From: an uncultured Gammaproteobacteria bacterium
GTDB lineage: Bacteria; Patescibacteriota; Microgenomatia; CAZETR01; Amesbacteraceae
DNA length: 64,000 nucleotides
Direction of reading: 5' to 3'
Assembly: GCA_964356225.1 (NCBI GenBank)
Contig: CAYHGA010000003.1
Span: forward strand, 266-64,265
Part shown: positions 1 through 11,500 of the stretch, one piece after another
How positions within the stretch are numbered: position 1 is the stretch's first letter
How the letters are laid out: each line of letters begins with the position of its first letter
The notes under the pieces: generated by a model
What the model was told of the DNA's origin: nothing
Seen by the model: only the letters and a program-made list of their open reading frames with translations
Databases searched by the model: none
Position numbers and translations under genes: made by a program

Positions 1-11
1 ACCCTTCGTTT

Positions 12-1097
12 TTGGTGAGAAATACCCCGGCCCAGCCTGCTCAAATTCAGGAAACCTTCACGCCTCAACACACCTTTACCGATTTTGGCTTTCCACCCCA
101 ACTGGCGGCTAATATTACACTGCGTAACTATCCCGCCCTTACCCCTATCCAGGATCAAGTAATCCCCTTACTTTTAGAAGGCAAAGACGTAATTGGTCTA
201 GCCAACACCGGCACCGGCAAAACCGCCGCTTTTCTCCTGCCTTTTATCAAAAAAGTAAATCAAGACAGGTCCCAAAAAATGCTGATTATGGCTCCCACCC
301 GGGAACTAGCCGTGCAAATTGAAGATGAGCTCAAAATCTTCGCTAAACAAATGAGAATTTTTAGCGCCTTGTGCATCGGCGGAGTAAGCATGCAGGGGCA
401 AATCAGGAGCCTCTACTCCAATCCCAATTTTGTCATCGGCACCCCTGGCCGTCTGAAAGATCTGGCCACCCGCCGCAAGATTATCTTTTCCACTTTCAAC
501 ACCGTAGTTTTGGACGAAGTGGACCGCATGCTGGATATGGGCTTTATCCACAATATGACCGAGATTCTTTCAGCTCTGCCTGCTAATCGTCAAATGGCAT
601 TTTTTTCAGCTACGATGACTCCTTCGGTACAAAAAGTCATGGGGGCGTTTCTTAAAAATCCCGTCACCATTTCTATTAAAACACACGCAGTTCTGAAAAA
701 TATTGCCCAGGACATAATCAGAATGAACGGTAAGCCTAAAATAGACGTTTTGCATGACCTCTTGATTCAAGTCGGTTTCGATAAGGTATTGGTCTTTGGC
801 CGAACCAAATGGGGCCTGGAACGATTGGCCACCGATTTAATCCGGCGCGGGTTTGCGGTCGTGGCCATTCACGGCAACAAAAGTCAAAGCCAGCGCCAAC
901 GTTCACTATTAGATTTCAAGACCAACCGGGTGAAAGTCCTGTTGGCCACCGATGTAGCTTCCAGAGGATTAGATATCGACGACGTCACTCACGTCATCAA
1001 TTTCGATCTTCCCGAATCCTACGAGGACTATATCCACCGCATCGGTCGCACCGGCCGGGCCCACAAAACCGGCATCGCTCTCACCCTGGTGCCCTAA
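12..1097 (+). CDS. DEAD-box ATP-dependent RNA helicase
   Basis: The translated ORF shows a Q-motif (LTPIQ), motif I ANTGTGKTAAF, motif II VLDEVD, SAT (FSATMT) and motif VI HRIGRTGRA. Confidence 0.85.
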   Translation: MVRNTPAQPAQIQETFTPQHTFTDFGFPPQLAANITLRNYPALTPIQDQVIPLLLEGKDVIGLANTGTGKTAAFLLPFIKKVNQDRSQKMLIMAPTRELAVQIEDELKIFAKQMRIFSALCIGGVSMQGQIRSLYSNPNFVIGTPGRLKDLATRRKIIFSTFNTVVLDEVDRMLDMGFIHNMTEILSALPANRQMAFFSATMTPSVQKVMGAFLKNPVTISIKTHAVLKNIAQDIIRMNGKPKIDVLHDLLIQVGFDKVLVFGRTKWGLERLATDLIRRGFAVVAIHGNKSQSQRQRSLLDFKTNRVKVLLATDVASRGLDIDDVTHVINFDLPESYEDYIHRIGRTGRAHKTGIALTLVP

Positions 1098-1114
1098 TTT
1101 GCTACAATCAAGGA

Positions 1115-2851
1115 GTGGCTAAGAGCGTCACCAATTTGCAGATTGCTAAATTATTGAGAAGCGTGGCAGCAGCGCTGGAATTATCGGGGGACGATAACCG
1201 GTTTCGCATAACCGCTTATCAACGGGCCGCAGACGCTATCGAGCATGCCAGCAGCGAAGTTAAAGATTTATGGGACGACGGCAAACTCAAAGAATTAGCC
1301 GGTGTGGGAGAAGGTATAGCCGCTTCTTTAGACGAGCTGTTCAGAACTGGCCAAGTCAAACATTTTCAAAGTATTTTAAAGCCCTTTCCCTCGGCCCTCT
1401 TTGAATTGGTGGAAGTTCCCGGTATCGGTCCTAAAACCGCCCTCAAATTTTGCAAGGAACTGGGCATCACCAAAGCTCACTCTGCTATTTCCGAACTCCT
1501 CAAAGCCGCCAAAAAGGGCCGCATCGACGACCGCTTTATCAAAGCCATACAAGAATATCAGGGTCGCTCCCGGCGGCTGCTGCTGGATGTGGCCCAGACC
1601 ATCGCCAGCTCAATTGTGGAATGGATGAAAAAAAATCCTCACGTTTTACAAATAAACACCTTGGGCAGTCTGCGCCGCCAGGCGTCTAGCGTAGGCGATA
1701 TCGACATCGCCGTCGCTTCTGACCGGGCCAAAGAAGTTATTGAACACTTCACTAAATACCCCCATAAATCCCGAGTGCTAGAGGCAGGGGAGCGTACCGC
1801 CTCCCTTATTCTCCCTAACGAGTACCAAGTCGACCTTATGGTTCAGCCGGAGGCTGCCTACGGGGCCCTTCTGCAGCACTTTACAGGCTCCAAGCACCAC
1901 AACATCGCCCTCCGGGAATTTGCTCTCAAAAAAGGCTACTCACTATCCGAATACGGTATCACTCCCCGTGAGGGACGAAAGGGAAAGGTATTATTGTTTC
2001 CTACGGAAGAAAAATTTTATAACTTCCTGGGTTTAGACTGGATACCTCCAGAACTGCGGGAAGGGGAGAATGAAATTGAATTAGCCAGGGAACACAAACT
2101 GCCCAAACTAATTGAAGTGTCAGACATCAAAGGCGACCTGCAGATGCATAGCAATCTCGACGTACAGCCGTCGCACGACCTCGGTGCGTCCTCAATTGCG
2201 GACATGGCTCTAATCGCTTCCAAACTAGGATATGAATACATCGGCCTGACCGAGCACAATCCAGCTGTATCGGGTCATACACAATCTCAAATTATGGACT
2301 TAATTAAGCGTAAATCAAACGCTATCGAACAATTTAATTCCTCGCGAACAATAAAAGTGTTCAATGGATTAGAAATAGACATTCAGCCCAATGGGCGGCG
2401 TGCCTTGCCTGATTCATGCCTGGATCTGCTTGATTATGCTTGCGTTGCCATTCACTCCAGCTTTCAGGCCCCGCGGTCCCAGATGACCGACCGGGTCTTG
2501 TCCGCTCTGAATCACCCCAAAGTTAAATTCCTGGCCCACCCTACCGCCCGTCTCCTGGGTCAACGTGAAGGCGTGGAATTAGACTGGGACAGACTTTTCG
2601 ATTTTTGCCTTAATCACAACAAATGGCTGGAAATCGACGGCTGGCCAAACAGATTGGATTTGCCGGATACTGTAGCCAAAGACGCCATCAAGCATGAAGT
2701 TAAGTTAGTAATTGATACCGATTCTCATGCTGCCGGACAATTGGTCTACATGCGCTATGGCGTTTCTGTTGCCCGTCGCGCCGGCGCCGCCAAACGTGAT
2801 ATTATTAACACTCGATCTTTAAAGGAGGTGATTTCATGTCTGTCCCCATAA
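1115..2851 (+). CDS. polX: DNA polymerase X family protein with C-terminal PHP domain
   Basis: HhH motif (VPGIGPKTALKF), pol-beta-like palm (GSLRRQ..VGDIDIAV) and a C-terminal PHP-like region. An in-frame GTG at 1115 lies just after an AAGGAG sequence. The ORF-track extension back to 809 overlaps the helicase gene and is rejected. Confidence 0.75.
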   Translation: MAKSVTNLQIAKLLRSVAAALELSGDDNRFRITAYQRAADAIEHASSEVKDLWDDGKLKELAGVGEGIAASLDELFRTGQVKHFQSILKPFPSALFELVEVPGIGPKTALKFCKELGITKAHSAISELLKAAKKGRIDDRFIKAIQEYQGRSRRLLLDVAQTIASSIVEWMKKNPHVLQINTLGSLRRQASSVGDIDIAVASDRAKEVIEHFTKYPHKSRVLEAGERTASLILPNEYQVDLMVQPEAAYGALLQHFTGSKHHNIALREFALKKGYSLSEYGITPREGRKGKVLLFPTEEKFYNFLGLDWIPPELREGENEIELAREHKLPKLIEVSDIKGDLQMHSNLDVQPSHDLGASSIADMALIASKLGYEYIGLTEHNPAVSGHTQSQIMDLIKRKSNAIEQFNSSRTIKVFNGLEIDIQPNGRRALPDSCLDLLDYACVAIHSSFQAPRSQMTDRVLSALNHPKVKFLAHPTARLLGQREGVELDWDRLFDFCLNHNKWLEIDGWPNRLDLPDTVAKDAIKHEVKLVIDTDSHAAGQLVYMRYGVSVARRAGAAKRDIINTRSLKEVISCLSP

Positions 2852-3369
2852 TATTTCTTATCATTGCCGGGGGAATTGCGTTATACGTCATCGGCGTTTA
2901 CAACGGACTCGCTTCCATGCGCACCCGCATTGCCGCTTCACTCCAGGAAATCGGTAACCAGCTCAAACGCCAGGTGGAACTTATTCCCAATCTGGAAGCC
3001 TCGGTCAAAGGTTATCTGGCCCACGAAAAAAGCATTTTAAGCATGTTGGCCGACGCCAGAAAATTAATTTCTAAAGGCCAGGACGCCTCAGCCAAAGTAG
3101 CCGAGCTTTTGCCTAAATTGCAGGTGGTGGTGGAAAGTAACCCCCAGCTCAAAGGTGTAGACGTAGTCAGCCAACTCATGGAAGAATTGCGCGATACATC
3201 AGACAAAATTATGTATTCCCGCCGGACCATGATTGATCTGTCTGCCGACTACAATATTCAGCTGGTCACTTTTCCCAGCTCTGTAGTCGCCAACGTTTTT
3301 GGCTTTAAATCCGAAAAAGGATTGGAAGTTTCAGCTGCCGAAACTAAAACTCCCAAAGTGTCGTTATGA
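2836..3369 (+). CDS. lemA: LemA family membrane protein
   Basis: N-terminal TM helix followed by a typical LemA-like soluble domain; the start overlaps the polX stop. Confidence 0.7.
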   Translation: MSVPIIFLIIAGGIALYVIGVYNGLASMRTRIAASLQEIGNQLKRQVELIPNLEASVKGYLAHEKSILSMLADARKLISKGQDASAKVAELLPKLQVVVESNPQLKGVDVVSQLMEELRDTSDKIMYSRRTMIDLSADYNIQLVTFPSSVVANVFGFKSEKGLEVSAAETKTPKVSL

Positions 3370-4295
3370 TCAACGTTTACGAAGCGGTTGACGCTAATAA
3401 GCGCAAGAGTTGGCTGGTCATGGCCGGTTTTGTGGTATTTATCCTCTTGGCTTCAGTGGGCATCGCCAAGGGTATCGCCGCTTACTACGGTTATCAGGCT
3501 ACCGGGCTGGAATTTACGGGCATCGCCTTAGTCATCTCCGGCCTCATGAGTTTTGCCTCTTATTACTGGAGCGATTCAATCATTTTAAATTTGTCGGGCG
3601 CCAGATTGGCAGACAAACGCCGCGATTTCCAGTTTTACACCGTAGCTGAAAACCTGTGTCTGGCCGCCTCCTTACCCCTGCCCAAATTATACGTTATTGA
3701 CGACACGGCCATGAACGCTTTTGCCACCGGCCGTGATCCCGCCCATGCTTCCCTATGTGCCACAGCCGGACTTCTGGCCAAACTCAACCGCACCGAATTA
3801 GAAGGGGTTGTTGGTCACGAACTGTCTCATATCGGTAACTACGATACCCGCCTTATGGCCGTGGTCACAATTCTTGTGGGACTAATTACCCTTTTGGGAG
3901 ATTGGTTTCTGCGGGCTAGTTGGTTTGGCGGCCGCAGCCGCAGTAGTGATGAAGACCGGGGATTGGGAGCAATTTTCCTAATTTTAGGTTTTGTGCTGGC
4001 TCTGCTTTCACCTATCATCGCCCAAATCATTCAGCTGGCTATCAGCAGACGCCGGGAATATCTGGCCGATGCCAGCAGCGTTAAACTTACCCGTCAGCCC
4101 AGTGGTTTGATTTCCGCTCTCAAAAAACTCGGAGCCGACCGTGAACCTCTGGAAGCGGCCAACAAGGCCACCGCCCATCTATACATCGTTAATCCTCTCA
4201 AAAACCGCCACGACGCCATCGGTTGGTTTGCCGGCCTCTTCAACACCCACCCGCCCTTATCCGCCCGCATCAAAATCCTTGAACAAATGTCCTAG
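3366..4295 (+). CDS. htpX: HtpX-like M48 zinc metalloprotease
   Basis: HExxH motif (HELSHIGNYD) and multiple hydrophobic TM segments. Confidence 0.75.
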   Translation: MINVYEAVDANKRKSWLVMAGFVVFILLASVGIAKGIAAYYGYQATGLEFTGIALVISGLMSFASYYWSDSIILNLSGARLADKRRDFQFYTVAENLCLAASLPLPKLYVIDDTAMNAFATGRDPAHASLCATAGLLAKLNRTELEGVVGHELSHIGNYDTRLMAVVTILVGLITLLGDWFLRASWFGGRSRSSDEDRGLGAIFLILGFVLALLSPIIAQIIQLAISRRREYLADASSVKLTRQPSGLISALKKLGADREPLEAANKATAHLYIVNPLKNRHDAIGWFAGLFNTHPPLSARIKILEQMS

Positions 4296-4311
4296 TTTTT
4301 TGTGCTAAACT

Positions 4312-4572
4312 TTGGGCATGGACATTGCCAAAATCGCCAAGCTAGCAAATTTACCTCTAAACGAAGAGCTAACTAAAAAACTACAAAAAGATTTGGATGC
4401 TACAGTAAAATTGGTGAACGAATTGTCAGAGCTAGATTTAAAAGACGTTGAGCCTACGTCTCAAGTAACGGGTTTGACTAACGTGACACGGAAAGACAAA
4501 ATCGACAAATCCAGAATTTTACCAGTCACTGATTATTTTAAAGTAAAAGCCATATTTAATGATGCTTCTTGA
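4312..4572 (+). CDS. gatC: Asp/Glu-tRNA(Asn/Gln) amidotransferase subunit C
   Basis: An 86-aa protein with a GatC-like N-terminus (IAKLANLPLNEEL), immediately upstream of gatA. Confidence 0.7.
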   Translation: MGMDIAKIAKLANLPLNEELTKKLQKDLDATVKLVNELSELDLKDVEPTSQVTGLTNVTRKDKIDKSRILPVTDYFKVKAIFNDAS

Positions 4573-5929
4573 TTCATCTATTTCTGAAATTGCAGCTAAA
4601 TATCGCTCAGGTGAAATTTCCCCAGTGGACGTTATCAATGAATGCTTTAAAAACATCGAAAAGCACAATTCAACCTTAAACGCTTTTATTACAATTTGTG
4701 ATAAACAAAAAGTTCTTGACCAAGCCAAACTTATAAAATTTGTTACGCCACTATCCGGGATTCCTTATGTCTTAAAAGATGCTTATGTTACCCAGGGCCT
4801 CAGGACAACGGCTGCCTCAAAAATTTTGGAGAATTATGTTCCCGACTATAACGCCACCGTTGTGGAAAAACTAACCCAAGCTGGAGCAATTTTAATCGGC
4901 AAAACCAACATGGACGTCTGGGGTCACGGAGCCAGTTCGGAAAACACGGATTTCGGCCCAGTCAAAAATCCTTGGGATCAATCGCGGGTAGCCGGCGGTT
5001 CCTCCGGAGGTGCGGCCGTAGCTGTATCAGTCCGGATGGCTATGTTTGCTATTGGCGAAGACACGGGCGGATCGATCAGAAACCCTGCTGGTTGGTGCGG
5101 AATATCGGGATTGAAGGTCACATATGGCCGGGTCAGCCGGTATGGTGCAATTGCTTATGCCTCGTCTTTAGACACCGTTGGTCCCATGGCCAAAAGTTCT
5201 CGGGATTTAGCAATTATTTTGGAACAAATTGCCGGGATTGATCCATACGATGCTACCTCCTCACCCGTTGAAGTTCCTAAATATTCTGAAGATTTAAACA
5301 CAGATTTAAAAAAAATAAAAATCGGGATCCCGTTGGAATTAAATTCTCAAATCAAAGAAGCGGTAATAAAATTAAAAGAACTGGGGGCCGAGGTTGTGGA
5401 CATTTCCTTGCCTATGCTCAAATATGCCGTGTCTGTATATTATTTAATCGCCCCATCTGAAACTAGTTCAAATTTAGCCAGATATGATGGGATCAGATAT
5501 GGAACTGGTAGAGAAAACTTTACTCAAGAGAGTATGCGCAGAATTATAATCGGCACATATGCCCTATCAGCTGGTTATTATGATGCATATTACAAAAAAG
5601 CCCAGGCAGCCAGAACCAAAATAATTGGTGACTACAAAAAAGCGTTTACAAAGTGTGATGTGATTATTATGCCAATATCACCATCTATGGCTCCAAAATT
5701 AGGCGAGCTAATTTCCGACCCGGTCAAAAATATGTTGACAGATATGTATGCCGTCACCGCAAATATTTCCGGCATTCCCTCCTTGGCTGTTCCCTGTGGA
5801 TTTGACGAGGGAATGCCGGTAGGGTTTCAGATTCAGGGACCGATGTTTTCAGAAGAACTCCTTTTGCGTTTGGGTCACAGTTATCAGCAAGCAACCGACT
5901 GGCATGTTCGCAAACCGCAACTTTCTTAA
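4559..5929 (+). CDS. gatA: Glu-tRNA(Gln) amidotransferase subunit A (amidase signature family)
   Basis: Amidase signature GGSSGGAAVAV..GEDTGGSIR, about 456 aa. Confidence 0.9.
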   Translation: MMLLDSSISEIAAKYRSGEISPVDVINECFKNIEKHNSTLNAFITICDKQKVLDQAKLIKFVTPLSGIPYVLKDAYVTQGLRTTAASKILENYVPDYNATVVEKLTQAGAILIGKTNMDVWGHGASSENTDFGPVKNPWDQSRVAGGSSGGAAVAVSVRMAMFAIGEDTGGSIRNPAGWCGISGLKVTYGRVSRYGAIAYASSLDTVGPMAKSSRDLAIILEQIAGIDPYDATSSPVEVPKYSEDLNTDLKKIKIGIPLELNSQIKEAVIKLKELGAEVVDISLPMLKYAVSVYYLIAPSETSSNLARYDGIRYGTGRENFTQESMRRIIIGTYALSAGYYDAYYKKAQAARTKIIGDYKKAFTKCDVIIMPISPSMAPKLGELISDPVKNMLTDMYAVTANISGIPSLAVPCGFDEGMPVGFQIQGPMFSEELLLRLGHSYQQATDWHVRKPQLS

Positions 5930-7115
5930 ACTCTGGGTGTCCCAGATGTTATCTCAAGTGAGCATAAACATCATGAATTTTTACGTTGTAACCCGCATTT
6001 TTTCCCTAACCAGCTCTACCACTGCCGTATCGCTGATGTGGATTGCCGGAGCTTTGCCCTGTCTGCTTTTTGCCCCATTCTCCGGCCCGGTCGTGGACGG
6101 CGTCAGTAAACGCAAGTCCATGATTGTCACTAATTTGCTTCAAGCTGCCAGCATCTCCCTCCTCTTTTTTGTTTCTAAGCCCTTCTCTTTTTATTCCGTG
6201 GTCTTTTTGTACTGGTTCTTTGACCAAATCTATATGCCCAGTCAGCAAGCCGCTATTCCCCAGTTAGTGGACAAGAAATTATTACCTGCGGCCAACGGCC
6301 TATTTTTACTCACCCAACAAGCCTCATTACTGGTGGGGTTTGGCTTGGGAGGCCTGCTCATCACCACTCTCGGCAATACTATCACCATCGCTTTTGCCAC
6401 TCTCAATTTAATTATTGCTGCCATTGCGGTCTTTTTCCTGCCCCACGACGCCCCCAAAACGGGATTGCGGGACAAAAGCCCGCTCAAATTCTGGAAAGAT
6501 CTCTCTGTCGGTTACAAATTCATCAAAGACCACCGTGTTGTCATGCTTCCCTTACTTCTAATCGTCTGTACCCAAGTCTTCATTTCCATCACCACAGTTA
6601 TTTTGCCCACCTATACCCACTCCGTTTTGCACATGCAGTTTAGCCGGGCCGCTGTCATGCTAATAGTCCCTGGAGCCCTTGGCGCCCTTTTAATGACCTA
6701 TTTAATTCCCAGGTTTCTCAAACGCTACCGTAAAAAAGATCTTATTCAAGCAGGACTGGGAATCGGAGGAACTGTCCTTTTGCTCCTGTCCGTTATTAAA
6801 TGGTTTCCCTTCGGCCAATTGCTAATCGCCATTCTGGCCGCCATTGGCTTAGGAGTTTCTATCGCCGCCATCACCGTTCCCGCCCAAACTCTGGTTCAGG
6901 AAAAAACTCCCACCTGGATCCGCGGCCGGGTCTATAGCCAGCTTAATTTCCTGATGATTATGGCCACCGCCCTGCCTTTGTTTATCGTCGCCTCGCTTGC
7001 CGACGCCTTAGGAGTTGTCACCATTATGGCCACTTTCGGAATTTTGTTATTAGCCGTTTTTATTTTTATCCGCAAGAAAGGAGACTATGTCCTGGCAAAC
7101 GGTTTTGGGATTTGA
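5904..7115 (+). CDS. multi-pass membrane protein, MFS-like transporter
   Basis: About 12 hydrophobic segments. It is inserted between gatA and gatB. Confidence 0.5.
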   Translation: MFANRNFLKLWVSQMLSQVSINIMNFYVVTRIFSLTSSTTAVSLMWIAGALPCLLFAPFSGPVVDGVSKRKSMIVTNLLQAASISLLFFVSKPFSFYSVVFLYWFFDQIYMPSQQAAIPQLVDKKLLPAANGLFLLTQQASLLVGFGLGGLLITTLGNTITIAFATLNLIIAAIAVFFLPHDAPKTGLRDKSPLKFWKDLSVGYKFIKDHRVVMLPLLLIVCTQVFISITTVILPTYTHSVLHMQFSRAAVMLIVPGALGALLMTYLIPRFLKRYRKKDLIQAGLGIGGTVLLLLSVIKWFPFGQLLIAILAAIGLGVSIAAITVPAQTLVQEKTPTWIRGRVYSQLNFLMIMATALPLFIVASLADALGVVTIMATFGILLLAVFIFIRKKGDYVLANGFGI

Positions 7116-8292
7116 AGTCCACATTGAGCTCTCTACCGCCTCAAAAATGTTTTGCGGTTGTCCTGCAGATCATTTCGGCAAAGCTCCTAATACCCAAGTC
7201 TGCCCGGTTTGTTTGGGCTTGCCCGGAGCTCTTCCGGTCCCCAACGCCCGCGCCATCGAGTGGTGCGTCAAGTTAGGTCTAGCTCTAGGCTGCGACATAA
7301 ATCTTTTCTCTAAATTTGACCGCAAAAATTATTTTTACCCTGATCTGCCCAAAGGCTATCAAATCAGTCAGTATGACCTTCCCTTTTGCAAAAATGGTCA
7401 GCTTCTTGGTCATAAAGTCACCCGGGTGCACCTGGAAGAAGACACCGGCAAACTTCAGCATTCCGGTTCCGAAACTCTCATCGATTTTAATAGAAGCGGC
7501 GTACCCTTAGTCGAAATTGTCACCGGCCCGGATTTTATTTCTTCGGATGACGGAATCCTATTTTTAAAAGAAGTCCAAGCTATCGTCAGAGCTTTAGGTA
7601 TATCCAGCGCTGATATGGAGAAGGGATCGATGCGTTTGGAGGCGAATATTTCAATCAGACGATCAGGCTTATCTGACCTTCCGAATTATAAAGTCGAGAT
7701 AAAAAATGTTAATTCTTTCAGATTTATAAAAAAAGCAATTGATTTTGAAGTAGCTCGGCAAATTCAATTACTTGAAGCGGGTCAAACCCCGGTTCAGGAA
7801 ACCCGCGGCTTCAAAGAATCCACAGGAGAAACTGTCAGTCAGCGTCTCAAAGAAGAAGCCAACGATTACCGTTATTTCCCGGAACCGGACATTCCCCCGC
7901 TTCAATTCACTAAACTGCAAATCGAAGTCTGGCGTTCTGAACTTCCGGCACTCCCGGCTCAAGTTCGCCAAGAGCTTATTACAAAATATCAACTATCGCC
8001 CCAATACGCCGTGATCATAAGTAGCGACCAGAGCATGTATGTCCAGTTTCTGAAAAATCCCTCCAAAGCCACAGCCGATGCCTTGGTCAATAAACGGCCA
8101 TTACAAACCGGCTCAACCGTCAAAATTGACCCCGAAGTAGTAAGCCGAATTTTAGCCGCTAATCCCAAAGCCGTGGCCGATTTTAAATCCGGCAAACAGC
8201 AAGCTCTCTTCTTCCTCATCGGCCAGATCAAAAAAGAACTAGGCGATATTGACATAGCATTGACACAAATGATGATCAGTGACATAGTATAG
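7087..8292 (+). CDS. gatB: Asp/Glu-tRNA amidotransferase subunit B
   Basis: The N-terminus GFEVHIEL...CGCP...CPVCLGLPGALP is characteristic of GatB. Confidence 0.85.
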   Translation: MSWQTVLGFEVHIELSTASKMFCGCPADHFGKAPNTQVCPVCLGLPGALPVPNARAIEWCVKLGLALGCDINLFSKFDRKNYFYPDLPKGYQISQYDLPFCKNGQLLGHKVTRVHLEEDTGKLQHSGSETLIDFNRSGVPLVEIVTGPDFISSDDGILFLKEVQAIVRALGISSADMEKGSMRLEANISIRRSGLSDLPNYKVEIKNVNSFRFIKKAIDFEVARQIQLLEAGQTPVQETRGFKESTGETVSQRLKEEANDYRYFPEPDIPPLQFTKLQIEVWRSELPALPAQVRQELITKYQLSPQYAVIISSDQSMYVQFLKNPSKATADALVNKRPLQTGSTVKIDPEVVSRILAANPKAVADFKSGKQQALFFLIGQIKKELGDIDIALTQMMISDIV

Positions 8293-8294
8293 AC

Positions 8295-8516
8295 ATGTTA
8301 ACTAATTCCGATTTGATAAAAATTGGATCACTCCTTGATAGTAAATTAGACGCTAAACTCGAGAAAAAATTATCCCCAATAGCTAAATCAATTAGAAAGA
8401 TTCAAAAAGACATGAAAACAGTTGTAAATTACTTTGACGCAGAATATTTAAACCACGACTCTAGAATAAGAAAAATAGAAGCTCATATAGGATTCCAACC
8501 ACCAATTTCAATTTAA
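8295..8516 (+). CDS. hypothetical small protein
   Basis: 73-aa ORF between gatB and dnaE with a coiled-coil-like K/E-rich composition. Confidence 0.3.
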   Translation: MLTNSDLIKIGSLLDSKLDAKLEKKLSPIAKSIRKIQKDMKTVVNYFDAEYLNHDSRIRKIEAHIGFQPPISI

Positions 8517-8555
8517 CCGGAAACAGCGGTTAATCCGCTGAGAACAAGGTCCAGT

Positions 8556-11500
8556 ATGTCAGCAAAATTCGTACATCTCCACGTTCACACCGAATATTCT
8601 CTCCTTGACGGCCTGTCCAAAATTTCCCGTCTGGTCCGCCGGGCTAAAGAGCTGGAAATGCCGGCCGTGGCTCTTACCGATCACGGAGTCATGTACGGAG
8701 CAGTTGAATTTTACAAAGAATGTACCAAAGAAAGCGTTAAACCCCTGATTGGCATGGAGGCCTACGTAGTAAACAGGAATCATACTGAAAAGGCCGGCAA
8801 AGGCGAAAATAATCATTTACTGCTCCTGGCCGCAGACCATCAGGGATATCAAAATCTGATGCGCTTGTCTACCATTTCCCATCTCGAAGGTTTTTATTAC
8901 CGTCCTAGGTTCGACAAAGAAACCCTTGTTAAATATCACCAAGGTCTTATTTGTACGTCAGCCTGTCCCAAAGGCGAAATCGCCCAGCTTCTTAATGAAA
9001 ATTCATTCGCCTTGGCCGCAGAAGCCGTAACCTGGTACCAACATCTTTTCGGCGACCGCTACTATTTGGAGATTCAACGCCATCAGTTTGAGGATTATTT
9101 CGATTCGGTTAAGAATAACTCCCGCCTGCTGGATAAACTTCAAAATATGGCCAAAACCGAAAAAATTTGGGTCGACGGTGTTGTCAAATTAAGTAGAGAT
9201 TTAGGTATCAGGTTAGTAGCCACCAACGACGCCCATTATCTGCAAAAAACCGATGCCCCCGCCCAGGACGCCCTAGTCTGCATTTCCACAGGTAAAAATA
9301 CGTCAGATATTGACCGCCTGCGTTATATTGACACCCCCACCTTTCACCTCCGTTCACCGCAAGAGATGGAAAGTATTTTTCCAGATTTTCCCGACGCTTT
9401 AAAAAATACTCTTGCTGTAGCAGAACAATGTGACGTTAAAATCGAGCTGGGCAAATGGTATTTCCCCAACATTGATCTCCCCCCAGGTCTGACGGCCACA
9501 CAGGCATTACAGGAAATGGCTCACAGCAAAACTGATCAGCTGCATGCCAAACGCCTGGAGTATGAGTTGAAAGTTATCTGCTCCAAAGGATACGCTCCCT
9601 ATTTTTTGATGATGGCCGATCTGGTCAATTGGTGTACCGATCATGGAATTATTACCAACACCAGAGGCTCCGCAGCCGGTTCTCTGGTCTCATACGTCAC
9701 CGGAATTACGACCGTCGATCCCATTTTGTATGATCTGCCTTTCGAGCGTTTTCTCAATCCTTTCCGTCCTTCGCCTCCGGATATAGATCTGGATGTGGCC
9801 GATGACCGGCGGGAAGAAGTAATTGCCTATATTACCCACAAATATGGCAGCGAAAAAGTAGCTCAAATTTGTACTTTTGGCCGGATGCTGGCCCGGGCAG
9901 CCGTCCGCGACGTGGCCCGGGTCCAGGGACATCCGTACGCCTTCGGGGACCGCATCGCCAAAGTTATTCCCCTGGGTTCCCAGGGTTTCCCCATGTCTAT
10001 CGAGCGGGCTCTCAAAGAATCCCCGGAGCTAAAAACCATGTACGACTCTGATCCTCAAGTAACAGAAACTGTGGACCTGGCCCGCCAGATCGAAGGCAAC
10101 GCCCGCCACGTCTCTGTGCACGCCGCCGGCATGGTCGTTTCGCCCGAAGCCATGACCAACTACACCCCCCTCCAGCTCGAACCCAAAGGCACCAAAATCA
10201 TCACTCAATATGAATTCCACGCCTGTGAAGAAATTGGCCTGGTTAAATTCGACATCCTGGGTATCCGCAACTTGTCTATTTTAGGGGCCGCTCGCGACCT
10301 CATCGAGAGCTTGCATCACATTACGCTCGATCTGAAACATCTGCCAGCCAACGACAAAGCCACTTTTGCCATGCTCACCCGCGGCGAAACCATGGGAGTG
10401 TTTCAACTGGGGGGCAGCGGCATGACCAAATGGCTCAAGGAACTTAAACCCAACCGTCTGGAAGATATCATGGTCATGATCGCTCTCTTCCGTCCCGGGC
10501 CTATGGCCAATATTCCCGAATACATCGCCCGCAAAAATAAAAAATCTCCAGTCACCTACATGCATCCTAAAATGGCCGACTACTTGGAGAAATCCTATGG
10601 AATCCTCGTCTACCAGGAGGATATTATGTTTACTGGTCTGACATTGGCCGGCTACACCTGGGAAACCATCGATAAGCTGCGTAAAGCCATCGGCAAAAAA
10701 TTGCCCAAAGAAATGGCCCAACAGCACGAAGTCTTTGTAGAGGGTTGTATCAAAACGTCGGGCATGAGCCGGGAAGAAGCCGAAAAAATTTGGGAGTTAT
10801 TCGTGCCTTTCCAGGGTTATGGTTTCAACAAGGCCCACGCCGCTTCTTATGGCATAGTCGCTTACCAAACCGCCTATCTTAAGGCCCATTATCCTGTAGA
10901 ATACATGACCGCTCTCCTGACAGCCGAATCGGGAGATACCGAAAAAATCGTGGAGGCCATTGACGAATGTCGGCGCATCAAAATTCCCGTTTTGCCGCCG
11001 GATATCAACCGTTCAAACGTGGGTTTTGCGGTAGATGATAAATCAATCCGCTTCGGTCTATCCGCCATTAAAAACGTCGGCGCAACCGCCATTTCTTCCA
11101 TTCTCACCGCCCGGGCTTCCAACCCATTTACCAGCTTTACTGATTTTTGTCTCCGGGTTGACTCCCAAAAAGTCAACCGTAAAGTTTTGGAAAGCTTAAT
11201 TAAGGCCGGGGCCATGGACCAATTCGGCAAGCGGGCCGCCTTACTTGCCGCCCTGGATAAAATCCGCGAATTGGGAACCAGTATTAGTAAACTCAAATCC
11301 TCCGGGCAAACCACCTTTTTTGTCTCCTCCGAACAATCCGACCATTCCGACCGGCTTCCCAACATTGATGAATTCGAAAAATCGGTTATGCTGAATATGG
11401 AAAAAGAACTCTTGGGCTTTTATTTAACCGAACATCCTCACGCCGAGAAACTAGCCCAACTTGGACAGCTCATTACTCACCGCATTAGCGAGCTTCCTTC

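Noticed and set aside
809-1114. 5' extension of the PolX ORF (track start 809) overlapping the DEAD-box helicase gene
   Set aside because: The extension is an alternate frame of the helicase coding sequence with no polymerase-like sequence. An in-frame GTG at 1115 just after an AAGGAG sequence gives a sensible PolX N-terminus.
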